A stretch of DNA of 63,187 nt, counting the filler, from Kipferlia bialata (taxonomy: Eukaryota): NCBI GenBank assembly GCA_003568945.1. It is 6 parts of 6 records of this genome, joined end to end, with 100 filler letters (N's around TTAATTAATTAA, not from the genome) between each part and the next. Parts side by side here need not be neighbours in the genome. Positions count along the whole stretch, not along the records: positions 13,118 to 26,106 come from BDIP01001000.1; positions 26,207 to 39,186 come from BDIP01001001.1; 4 more parts are not named here. One strand, given 5' to 3'. Under the pieces are notes generated by a model. The model ran no database searches and was not told the DNA's origin. It was given only the letters and a program-made list of their open reading frames with translations. The translations under genes were made by a program, and so were the position numbers. Shown here in pieces: positions 13,118 through 26,235 of this stretch (the first letter of the stretch is position 1; each line of letters begins with the position of its first letter).

Positions 13118-13444
13118 CAGGGGAGTGGAAGAGGAGACGGGCTAGGCCCAGACGCTGCTTCTCTCCACCTGACGTTAGGAAGTACTAACCATATCACTCA
13201 AGATGTATAGTATATGTACGTAACCATAGGAATAGTATTAGTGTATGTATAAAGATAGAGTATGATACAGGATTTTTCTAGTAGTACCTGATAACATCTC
13301 GGCCCAGGGCTCCCTGGACTCCAGGGTGTAGGACTCAAGGAGGTAGTCCAGCTGACACACGTGGAGGACAGACTTGAACACATAGGCAGGGGTGCTCACG
13401 ACATCAGCTGGGGGTGAGAATGTATATATATACTATAGATACAT

Positions 13445-13479
<35 letters not shown>

Positions 13480-16400
13480 ATGCCTTGAACACATAGGCTG
13501 GGGTGCTCACGACGTCGACTTGGAGTTAGATCATATATATATACTACATATAGTATTAAAAGGGTATGCATATAGTATTCACAGTATAGGGGTATCACCA
13601 ACCTTCTGGCAGAGGGTAGCAGATCTGGCCCCTGAGGCTACCCCCATGCACCACGTAGGTGTGCTGGGGGACGAAGAAGACACCTAGATGTGAGAATATA
13701 CATATATATATATGGATAGATATATGCATGTACTTATAGGGAGAGAGGCTGTGTGCTGGGGGACGAAGACACCTGGTACCTAAATGGATACTCATAACGA
13801 TGTGTACAAGGTATATGCCAACATACAAAGAAGGAACAATACTAAACTCACCCTCGTTTCCGACGACTGTGGGCCTCTCAATGGTGCCTCTCTTGTGGTC
13901 CCAGAGACCTGGGGTGAGTGCATTCATATTCCCTTTATAATATCTGTAGAATATACACTAAGATACACTCTCTTGGGATCCCGAGGGTATACGTATCAAT
14001 TGACTATATGTGTCATGCCTGCAATGACCCTGAGGGTCGATGACTTGCCACACCCACTGGGCCCTGTGACCACCACTCCACCCTCACCACTGCCAACACG
14101 GAAGGACAGATCTCTAGGGGTTAGTGTATAGCGATATACATATAGTGTATATACACTCATACAGTATACAATTCCACCCTCACCACTCCCAACACGGAAG
14201 TATAGGTTCATAGGGTCGGGGTAAACCCATATAGTGCAACTAGTCCCAATTACATACATATATGTAAAGCCATATCCATATCATCATGAACTATTCATAT
14301 CAATATGCACCATTACCTGACGAGTGTCTCCTTGGCAGGGGACACGACATCAAGCTCCTGGACAGCAACCCTGAAGGGTGAGACATATGTAGTAATATAT
14401 ACATACACTGAGAGTGAGAGAGTAACATCCCTGATGGTAAGCAACCTTGGGGTGAGATATATTCAATATATGAGAGAAGCAACCAGACCGAAGAAGAAAC
14501 AAACAGGAAGAATGCGATACATGTGTCTTAGTCCATGCACGATATATACACATGTATATACATACATACCTGTCTGAGTCTATGCATGATGTCTCCAGTG
14601 GAGGCATGACCTCCAGCTGTTCATCCAGCTGGGAGACACGGTTGAGGGTACCGAAGAAGGCTGCGACCTTGAGGTTATGACACTTGCAATACATTTATCA
14701 CAATACATTGTTATGTAAGGAGTGTCAGGGTAATCATGCAGTCAATGACGGTTCCAAAGAAGGCAGATACCTGGAATTTACTATCATTATAGATATACAT
14801 CTATGTATATTCATAATAATAGATACAGTACCTGGGGTGCCAGCATGAGCAGACCTGTCAACACATTGACATTATACACTCATTATATATAATGAACTAT
14901 AGTATATAATTATACATATATGCATATACCTAGGTATATAGAATATATATAGATATAATACCTGTGGTGCCAGCATGAGGAGACCCGTCAGCGAGTGCAT
15001 CATGTTGTTAACCTCCTGGGGGTGAGGGAGAGGAAAACACCTGCTCGAGGAGAGTGAACTCGGAGGGATATTCAGCAATGAATATACCATTATCATCTAT
15101 ATATATAGAAAGAGGGAGAGAGAGACATGTGTACCTGCTCCAGCAGACTGAACTCGGAGGGGTCGATGGATGGGAACAGCCAGGAGACAATCATGAGCTG
15201 GGGTGAGATAGTATGAATAGATTGATAGATACACATGAAGATATATATACCTATACATGTATAGTTAAGTAGATAGTAGGTGACGGTGGGGTCGATGGTG
15301 GGGAACAGCTATGATACAATCATGAGCTGGGGTGAGAGGTATATGTATACAGATATATAACACAGAGAGAGAGAGTCATATATGAATATACATAGATATA
15401 TAGTATGTTATCTATTTGAGTCACATATAACGGCAGCGCATATAGGTAGCGCAGAACTGATAGATGGTGTATATCGATATTATTATATTACAATAATATA
15501 TATGGAATGAGAACGTACCGGCAGCACTGTGCACCCAAACTCTGCTTAAATACATATATAAATGACACATATAAGAATAGATAGAATATATAGTATTATC
15601 AGTGCTGACGTACCGGCAGCACTGTGCAGCCAAACTCTGCTGTCTTGCGTAGATGTGATAATCATAGAGTGTATTTACATTTATATACATAAAGTATATA
15701 CATATAGTAGTACATACCGGCAGCACAGTGCAGCCAAACTCTGCTGTGAAGTGGTTAAACCAGGATGCTCTGGCTGCGTGTCTGGCCAGGGAGATCTGGA
15801 TGTTAAGGGAGTAGTATTGATATAGAAATGAATTGCAACCTACTACAATGTATTACAATATATTACACTCTATTAATATATGCATAAACAACAAATAGGA
15901 TGCCCTGGCAGCGTGTCTGGCAAGGGAGATCTAGGGTGAGTGTGACTGAAATACAACAGAGAAGGGAGAACTATTATACCATGTCTGGCCAGGGAGATCT
16001 GGACGGTTACATGGGGTTAAACAGAAGTGTACCTATGTATGTATATTAGTCAATGACTACATTGAAAGTGTTTCAAAATCAATAGTAGTATTATAATAAA
16101 AATTCACAACCCCACGTGTCTGTCGAACAATGACCCCAGGGCAGTATCGGCAACTAAAATATATATGTATATATCATACTTGAATATACTCATCTATCTA
16201 TTTCCAATTCTATATCTATATATATGTGTGTGTATATGTATCAATGTGCAAACCTGTCTGTCGATCAATGGCCCCAGGGCAGCGTCGGCAAAGGACCCGG
16301 CCTCCTCCTCTCCCTGGGGTCAGAAGGGGTATAGTTACCATAATTAGAGCACTCTTGTAAAATGCAATGGACTCGCAGAACTATATCAATATTATAGAGT

Positions 16401-19400
16401 AATACAGTACCATACCTACAATGATAAATACAGTATCTACCAATCGACCATTACCTTGTAGAATGCGATGGACTCGCAGAACTCCCTGCTTCTGGAGTGG
16501 GTGTAACGCATGGCTCCCTCTGCCTCCTGAGAGGTCAGTACAGGGAACAATATAGAACCAAAACAACAATTAGATGTATCATAACTATCCTCACCTCAAC
16601 AGTCTAACCAATATGTAAAGAACATACTGACAATCACTTAACTATTCCACTCCTACCTGTAGCTTGTTTGTGATGGCTGGAATGGAACGGGTGGCGATGA
16701 CCTGATTGTCAGATTATATCATTGTGAACATAGACTCTCACACATACTTACAGAGGGAGATGCAGACCAATGATGTGTACCTGAATGAGCACGGACATGC
16801 CCAGGAACACCTAATGTGTACAAAAGCCCTCTATATATGGAGAAAGAGAAAAAGAGAGTACAAATATACCAGAGAATAATACCTGGATGAGCACGAACAG
16901 TCCAAGGAACACCCAAGGCACCACCTGGAGTCTCCAGTCTGCACCCTTAATGTCAGTAACATATATAGTACTTAACTATACCGAAATGTACCAATTACCA
17001 ATGCGTCCTACAGGGTGAGCGTCAATGACAGTCTACAAGTCACCAAATAATTGACGTAATCAAAACTGTCGTCTACTATACTCCATTACTTACTACTTAG
17101 GACTCTCTCCATACCTCAGTGTTGAAGAAACTGTAGCTGATGATCAGACAGTTGATGACGGTGAACCACAGGCCCTGGAGTAAGTATAACAATAGGATCT
17201 CAACTATATACTGTACATTGAATGTATTGGAATTATCTCAGTTGATGACGGTGAACCACAGGCCCTGGGAGTGAGAAGGAAACAAATGAATGTACCATAT
17301 GCAATGTCACAATACCCTAAAAATACCATGACTGTATATATACATATATCCATATCTATACATACATGTCTTACCTTAGTCACGGGCACTATGCCCTGTA
17401 CCGATGGCACAACACAACATAGTACTATATATTTACTGGAATATATAAACATTGGAATATATACATATATATACATACATACTGACCTTAGTCATGAGCA
17501 CTATGCCCTGTACTGATGGCACGATACTGCCAAAGAGGGAGTTGCCAGCCACCCTTGGGTCAGATCTCATATATATATATACATATATAGAGAGAGAAAG
17601 AGAGAGAGCGAGAGTTGCATTGATACTGCCAAAGAGGGAGTTGCCAGCCACCCTGGGGTAAGATAGATCCCATATGAATATATATATATATATATGCAAA
17701 GACAGAGAAATAGAGAGAAGGATAGAGAGTTGCCAGCCCTGGGGTGAGACTCCATACTATTATATGTTGTTACATATATATAGAGAGAGAGAGTTGCATT
17801 GATACTGCCAAAGAGGGAGTTGCCAGCCACCCTAGGGTAAGGATCCACACCCACACACACACACATATATGTATATACATATATATATATATATTGAGAG
17901 AGTGAGAGGGAGAGGGAGTTGGCAGCCACTCTATGGTTAGATCCGATAGAAGCATGTAAATAGAAATACATAGAGAGAGAGAGAGAAAGTGAGAGCTAAT
18001 GTTAGGACCAATGAGACAAATGAGAGAGAGTTGGAGCCACTTGCAGCATAGAGCTGACATCATTGGGATATATACCTAGCGTCTGCACTGATTCTCTGTC
18101 AAGATCTAACAGTCCCATATATAGATATATATATATATAGATGGAAGCACAGTAGTAAAGTATATAATATAATGTAGTTAGTACCTTGCGTCTGCACTGA
18201 TTCTCTGGTCTGGGGCATCGATGCCTGTGGTAAGTACAATGGAGAGACAACATATCAAAACCTTCATTATGTATCTATAAACTATGTAATACATGGAAGG
18301 TTTAGATATTGTAAGAGCACGCAGTCGTGTAACACATGCAATTATATATAATTGAATATATATACACACATATATATACATACCTTGCACTGTCGTTGCC
18401 ACTCTGTAGTAGTTTCAACATCCATAGCAAAGCATATATACACTACTGTACCCGTGTTCAATCTTCAACATAAACACCTATATATGTATCAAGGTATATG
18501 GTTATACCTTGCACTGTGGTTGCCACTCTGTAGTAGTTCCACCATCCATAGCATTGTATATTTGGCAAATATATATAGGATAGAGAATATACTGTCAGAG
18601 TACCCTGTCTCCTAGTATATATTATATATGTTTATTTGTGTATATACCTTGCACTGTTGTTGCCACTCTGTAGTAGTTCCTCTCCGCAAAGTACTTCTTG
18701 TGCAGGTTCTTGGTCAGCCTCTCTCTGAGGGTGAGTGTGATATATACAACCCCCATTCTATAAATAATATTCTTCATAATATATACTTCAATAAATATAG
18801 AGGTATTGTATGTATAGCTGTGTCATTACCTGCTGAAGTTGTTTGTGGTGTATGCTGTAATGTCACAGAGCATTGAGACAATACACACCATGCCAAGTGC
18901 TATAAGGAGGGAGATGGTGTCGGAGGTGGACTTGGTGGTGTCGGGGACGGCTGGGGTGTTAGAGTGTACTATATATGTATAGAAAATATACTATGTGTAT
19001 AGTACTCTATTTGACAGTCTGAGCGTTGGATTAGGTGGTGTCGGAGACGGGTGGGCATAGACTGAGGCTCCATACACACCAGAGAGTATTAGCGTCAGTA
19101 ACGCAACAATAAGTAGTTCACTTATAGTACTGATACACGAGACTGTACCTTCTCCTGCCTGGCACGTGACATCTCCAATGATGTTTGATATCCAGTACTG
19201 ACAGTTCAGGGTGACCTGGGGTGTAAGACTCAATAATAGATACAGTACATACATTATCATATATATATTTAAATATATATATATATAACAAATAACAATG
19301 TGTGTGTCATATCTATCCTATCGAACAATACCTTGGGTAGCACTGCTGTGATGATCAGTGACAGTATGCAGTAGACAGACGGTGCAGACAGGGCATGGCC

Positions 19401-22400
19401 AAAGGCACCATGGAGATAGCGCCCCAGGGACTTGATGGGGGAGGGAGGGGGGACAGCTGGGGGGCGGGTGTCAGTGGCAGCCTGGAGTCGGAGTTTGTAT
19501 TTATATATATTTATATATATATTTATATATATATATATGTGTATATATATACATGTATGAATATGTATTGATATGTATATATGGAGGGGGGACAGCTGGG
19601 GGGCGGGTGTCAGTGGCAGCCTGTAGTCAATATTGGTATACCATCAAAGACTAAAGGATGACCAATGAAGAAGTATTGTTGGGATCTGATGTTCAAGTGG
19701 AAGGCTGGAGTCATAGTATACCCAATATACACCAACTATGCTATAGTATCTGAGTGCAGATAGTCCATACCTTGGGGGGCAGGGGCTCTGGGTACACCTT
19801 CCTGGCCACAATCTAGGGTAAGAGGGTGATAGTGTAAGTGTGATATAGTGTCCCACTCAATGACACCGACTAGTAAGGGTATTCATGTCCACACTATACT
19901 CATGTTCTCCCATACCTCGCTACTGGGCGGTGTATAGATGGGGTTGTGCTGCAGGTACAGCTCTGAGGTGAGACAGTTATATACTCGACTATACCTGAAG
20001 AGGGATACATTCTTCTGATGAAGATATACGCAAATCTAGAGTGTACCTGAACTCTAGACCCTGGGTATATGAATAATCATGATATAGGCAATATGAACAC
20101 ACACCTGAGCTCTCGACCCTGTGAGTGTATCTGTCACTGAGGACAAGGACAAGCTGGGGGTAAGCTGGCAAGCACACAAACAAATACCGGATACCCAGTA
20201 ATAACCAGGTGTCAGTGTGTTGATATTCTGCATATTCGTACAACGCAGGTACACGTATAGTACCTGGTGGAATGGAGTGACTGTCCTTATAATATCATAT
20301 ACTTGACCAATCTAGCTAGTATACAGTAATAGTATATGTATACGTGTGTGTGTGTACCTGGTGGAATGGGATGACTGTCCGTCTGTGTGCCACAGACACC
20401 ATGGTGATGCCCCTGGAGACACACTCAGACAGGATGCTAGGGGTAAGAGTACACTATTCATATACTAATAGACAGAGAGAGGGAGGGAGACATGTTACAG
20501 ACACCATGGTGATACCCCTGGAGACACACTCGGACAGAATGCTGAGAGTGAGACATTCATATTCATATATATATATATATATATATACAGCGGGAGGGAG
20601 TGTAACATACTTAGTAAAGAGTCACATACAAATACATATACAGCCTATCCCCCTACCTCTCCTCCAGGTCCACTGGCAGGGCAGCTGTAGACTCATCCAT
20701 CACTGCGAAGGAAGGGGAGTGGAAGAGGAGACGGGCAAGGCCTAGACGCTGCTTCTCTCCGCCTACAGATAAGACTATAAATGTAGCAATGTACCCACTA
20801 GTTATAGCTATTTAAAGAAAACATTGGAAACATATATATATGTATATTAGTATACTAATTACTAGTACCTGACAGGATCTCTCCCCAGGCAGCAGCATCG
20901 GTGAGGTCGAACCTGGCAGTTAGGGTGATATTGACAAATTGCATATAGGACATAATATACATATAATAGGATAGTATATACCTGAAAGTTAGGACTATAC
21001 TGGGAGAGGTGCTGAAGTAGAAAGACTAGTATAACAGATATTCATGTAATCATACTTATATATAGTATATACCTCTCCAGCAGGTAGTCCAGCTGACACA
21101 CCCACAGTACACACTAGACATAGTATATATATGAGTCGTCTATATAGTATACATAGTATATATTATATACATAGTACATACCTCTCCAGCAGGTAGTCGA
21201 GCTGGCACACCCTGAGTGCCTCGAGGACTCTCTCTCTCTCCTCCTCCCTCTCTGTGTCACCGTATGTCGATGGGCCACCCTCTACCCCGTGGGCATCAAC
21301 GTAAGTATCACCAAGGGGATCCTCATCAACATGCTGATGTGAGTATATGGGAGGTGTAACTACACTATAGTGATGTATACAAGACATGGGCATCAGCATA
21401 GGTGTCATTGAGGGGGTCCTCTACAAGGGTCTGGTGTCATATAGCGGTTATCATACACGTGTGTATATACATATAGATGTAACTATATTCGTTAAGGTTT
21501 ACCTCTCTCTCAGCTGTGGGTGTTGCTGGGTATGTGACCTCCCCCCAGAGTGAGGAACAAGTATACATACACATACATTGATAAAGAATACACATCAAAT
21601 ATGAGTGCACCCACCTCTCTCTCAGCTGTTGGTGTTGCTGGGTACGTGACCTCCCCCCAGAGTGAGGTGTGGGTGAGGTAGGGGGTCTGGGGCACGAACA
21701 AGGTATCAGCAGGCAGAGAGACATGACCTGAAAGCATTAGACATCTATTGAGAGCATAAGCATATTAGCAATCAATATCAATATACATGTATGTATCTCT
21801 CTCTCTATATATAGCACACTGTACCTGATGACACTGGCCACAGACCGGCCAGACACCTGAGCAGAGAGCTCTTGCCTAGGAGTGAGAGGCATACGACGAT
21901 TCAATCTGTGTATTACGAGTATATATCTATACATACCTATGCCACTAGGTCCCATGATGACCATGCTCTGACCCTTGGGTACAGAGGCAGTCACACCGGT
22001 TAGGATCTCACGACCCTAGGGTAAGATACATAATCTAACGTCTGGACAACCAACCCATATTTGGCTCTGGACACCCTGAGTAGAATCAGCATCATTACTG
22101 AGTAGGCATATATATGTGTGTGTGCGAAGATAGAGGTGCCTCACTCCTGGAGTTGCAGTAGAGAGAGAGGCCCTGTCTATACAGACTACATATAGAGATA
22201 TATTGAGACTCTCCTCCTGGTGTGGCTACGGACAAGAGAGTCTAGCAGCGGCCTCGTCAGAGTGTGTATATACTATATGTACTGTGTATGTACAATATAT
22301 ATACGATGTAGATATGTATATACATAACTCACCCCAGGAGTAGCTATAGACACCCCGTGCCACCCCAACTCAGTGTCGTCATAACAGTACACATATATTC

Positions 22401-25400
22401 ATTATGTATATACATATATAGATATTACGTACTCCTGGTGTTGCAATAGATACTCCATGCCACCCCAGCTCAGTGTCGTCACATATATAGTATATATATA
22501 CTATATATAGTGTGTAAACATACAGCACGTACCCCAGGAGTGGCTAGAGATACCCCGTGCCAGCCTAGCTCTGTGTCGTCAGATGCCTCAGCCTCATGGG
22601 CATCGGCAGTCACGAAGTAGTCTCCATCTCTCTCTCTCTCTCTCTCAGTCTCTGTCTCAGTCTCACTCTCTGTCTCTCTGTCACCCATGAAACCAAGCTC
22701 AGTCCCAATGGATCCAACACGCCTAGGATAAGTAGAATACCATCATTCATACTACAAGTATATACTGTACATATATACTGTACTATTCATACCTAGTGAG
22801 ACCAACAGCCGTGGCTACACATAAGGCCAGCAGTATAAAATATACTAGAGGTATATATCTCTAAACACAATATACCTAGTGAGACCCACCGCTGTGGCTA
22901 TGCTGGGACCCAGACCAATGACCCAAGTGACACCCACAAGGAGCTGGGATTAGTAACTATAAGTAATGTATATATATATGTATACTAGAGAAAAGGAATG
23001 GTATATATATGCACATATATATACTAAATATATGTATACGTATATGATGTATTGAAATAGTGAACTAGGACCCAAGTGACACCAACGAGGAGCTGGGATC
23101 AGTTACAATTATATATATATACACATATATATATACTAGAGAAAGGGAATGGTATATATATGCACATATATATACTTAATATATGTATTAGTATATAAGC
23201 GTTGTGTTATAGTGACCCAGGACCCAAGTGACACCCACTAGGAGCTGGGGTCAGCTACAATATGATTGTGGAACGCTATATTATATAAATATATATATAT
23301 ACATATAAATATATGCATATATCATATATATACTATACATCATCCCTCCATGGACATCCTGACTGTCATGATGGCTGTGTCACCACATGATGGTATATCT
23401 ATACATACCTATCTATATATAGACTATAGACATACTATTCTCTCTCTCTCTCTCAATATATATATATCCTATATACACTATACATCTCACCTCCATGGAC
23501 ATCCTGACCGTCATGATGGCTGTGTCAATGTCCCTCAGTATAGAGAATAGATATACTATTCTCTCTCTCTCTCTCTCAATATATATATATATAGTATATA
23601 TAAACACACCTCCATTGACATTCTGACTGTCATGATGGCTGTGTCACTGGACAGACACTCTTCAGAGTTCAGGACCTAAGTGTAAGGTATATATATATAG
23701 AGAGAGATTTGTATGTTTACATGCATACCTGGTAGAGCAGGAACGAGTAGGGCAGGGCATATATATATATATACATAAGATATGATGAATCAAACACTAA
23801 ACAGATACTAGACCTATTGTTCATATAAATCCATACCTGGTAGAGCAGGAATGAGTAGGGCAGGGCAGCGGCAGCCACGATGTTGACAAACTGGAGTCAG
23901 GATAGGAATAGATATTCCTATGGAAATTTACAGTAGAGCTCTTGTAATATCTCTGTCAAAACATAATAAACAATTATCTACATATACCTCATTCAGCTCT
24001 CGATGTTGAAAAACTGGGGTAAGCGAGGATACGGTAGATACTGTAAAACACACTCCTTTCGATACTGATACTGATACTGATACTCACAACATATTAAACC
24101 ACTATCTACATATACCTCATTCAGCTTTGGCAGAATCCTCCTCCACACCAGCCTGTGACTGTTGGCAATGACAGCCTCCAGCTGCTTGTCGGCAACGGCT
24201 CTTTCGTGCTAGGGGTGAGGTGTATACATTATGGTATATATTTATATATATATATGTCTAGATATACTATCATGATATACAATATGGCAATGACAGCCTC
24301 CAGCTGCTTGTCGGCAACGGCTCTCTCATGCTATTGGTTAGACAGCTATATAGAGGTAAGACATGTATATACTATCATCATATACAATATGGCAATGACA
24401 GCCTCCAGCTGCTTGTCGGCAACGGCTCTTTCATGCTAGGGGTGATATTTATACATTATGGTATATATATATATATATATATGTGTGTGTCTAGATATAC
24501 TATCATAATATATAATATGGCAATGACGGCCTCCAGCTGCTTGTCGGCCACGGCTCTTTCATGCTAGGGGTGAGATCTATGTTAACTATCTGCGGCACAT
24601 ATTTTCATATATATATATATATATAAACTATGTGGTCTCCAGCTGCTTGTCGGCAACGGCCCTCTCGTCCTACGGGTAAGATATGTATATAGGTAACATT
24701 ACGACCACTGAGCCACATACAAAGAGAGAGAGAGAGAGAGAGAGAGAGATCAAACTGCTTGTCGGCAACGGCCCGCTCGTCCAAGAGGTGAGATTTAGAA
24801 AGCTATATAAATACAACGATGGGAACTAGTAAGAGAGAGAGGAGACAGAGAGAGAGAGAGAGAGAGGTACCTCGTCTCCGCTGAAGAATGCAATGGCCTC
24901 TGCTCCCTCTCTCACAGCTACATGGTGGTATCTGGAATAAGGGTGTAGAGAGAGAGAGAGAGAGAGAATTCAACAACCCTCTCTCACAGCAACATGGTGG
25001 TATCTGGGATAAGGATGTGGTGGGAGAGAGAGGTATATATATCCATTGCAGATGCTCACAATTGAACTGTTAACTGGAATAAGGGTGTAGAAGTGGAGAG
25101 AGAGAGAGAGAGAGAGAGATGGATCTACCTGAGCTGTCCCTCGAGTCTCTCCTACTCTGTCTTGTGTATAATGTTATATATATAATGTTACATATATATG
25201 AACGTGTACATGTCATGTATCTCTATATGAATATGTCTACCTGAGCTGTCCCTCGAGTCTCTCCTGCTCTGCAACAGGTATATATATACAAACTCATATA
25301 TGGATATGTTTATGTACATATTGATATATATACACTATACATTGATATATATACCTGAGCTGTCCCTCGAGTCTCTCCTGCTCTGCGACAGGTGCCACTA

Positions 25401-26020
25401 GGGGCTGGTTGAGGATCTGAGGGTCAGTGATATATATATATACTTATATATGTATATGACATATATACAAAGGGGGCTGGTGGAGGATCTGAGGGTAAGT
25501 GATGTATACATACTATTACTATATAGTACTATCCACAATGATATTCAATATAACACACCTTAGTCAAGACCAGCTGCACCAGGACGTATCCCACAATACA
25601 TATTAACTCTATAATAGTAATATATATATACATATATATATATAAGTACTATACAATATGTATAATACTTGATCACCACTGATGATACATGCCTTAGTCA
25701 AGACCAGCTGCACCAGGACGTATCCCACAATGCTCCATATAAACATATGTAATCATAGATACTATACATGTTGTACTATATATATCATATAATAGCCAGT
25801 GTATAACTTACAATACATGCCTTGGTGAGGACCAGCTGCACCAGGACGTATCCCACAATGCTCCAACTCATATAGTATATGAGTCATATACATGTATACA
25901 CCATTACTATATAGTATCATATAATATGACATACCTTTGTCAAGACTATCTGCACCAGCACGTATCCCACTATGCACCACAGTTGCCAGGCCGGGATACC
26001 CACATGGAGGACGGCAATGG
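13118..26020 (-). CDS. Full-size ABC transporter, subfamily D (TMD-NBD-TMD-NBD); partial at both ends
   Basis: EAA motif 1 EQERLEGQLRYHHVAVREGAEAIAFFSGDE (~24870-25400). NBD1: Walker A GPSGIGKSS, FVPQTPY, signature LSGGEKQRLGLARLLFHSP, Walker B AVMDESTAAL, SVAHR. Continuous linker exons. TMD2: APDQRISAD and EAEGAMRYTHSRSREFCESIAFYKG. NBD2: GPSGCGKSS, FFVPQHTY, LSGGEKQRLGLARLLFHSP. Confidence 0.92.
22141..22580 (-). repeat. 3' half-exon echo array in ABCD gene (DDTELGWHGVSLATPG)
   Basis: Live segment 22533-22580; echoes 22433-22480 and 22333-22380; degenerate copies at ~22215 and ~22145. Confidence 0.9.
24116..24781 (-). repeat. 5' half-exon echo array in ABCD gene (HERAVADKQLEAVIA)
   Basis: Live exon 24116-24208; echoes 24286-24330, 24391-24435, 24519-24563, 24637-24669, 24755-24781. 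Confidence 0.9.
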
Positions 26021-26057
26021 CTGTATATAAGAGGAAGGGAGACATATACATGTATAC

Positions 26058-26106
<49 letters not shown>

Positions 26107-26206
26107 NNNNNNNNNNNNNNNNNNNNNNNNNNNNNNNNNNNNNNNNNNNNTTAATTAATTAANNNNNNNNNNNNNNNNNNNNNNNNNNNNNNNNNNNNNN
26201 NNNNNN
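26107..26206. other. Artificial contig linker
   Basis: Same N/TTAATTAATTAA/N structure. Confidence 0.98.
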
Positions 26207-26235
26207 TATATATATATATACTCTCTTACTCCTAG

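Noticed and set aside
22141..22580. Classic mutually exclusive exon cluster (Dscam-like)
   Set aside because: Most copies have only one splice site and cover only part of the exon; phases often do not allow substitution.
24116..24781. Repeat-spacer layout resembling a CRISPR array
   Set aside because: Repeats are exon fragments with splice sites, spacers are low-complexity TA-rich intron sequence of variable length, and no cas genes are seen.
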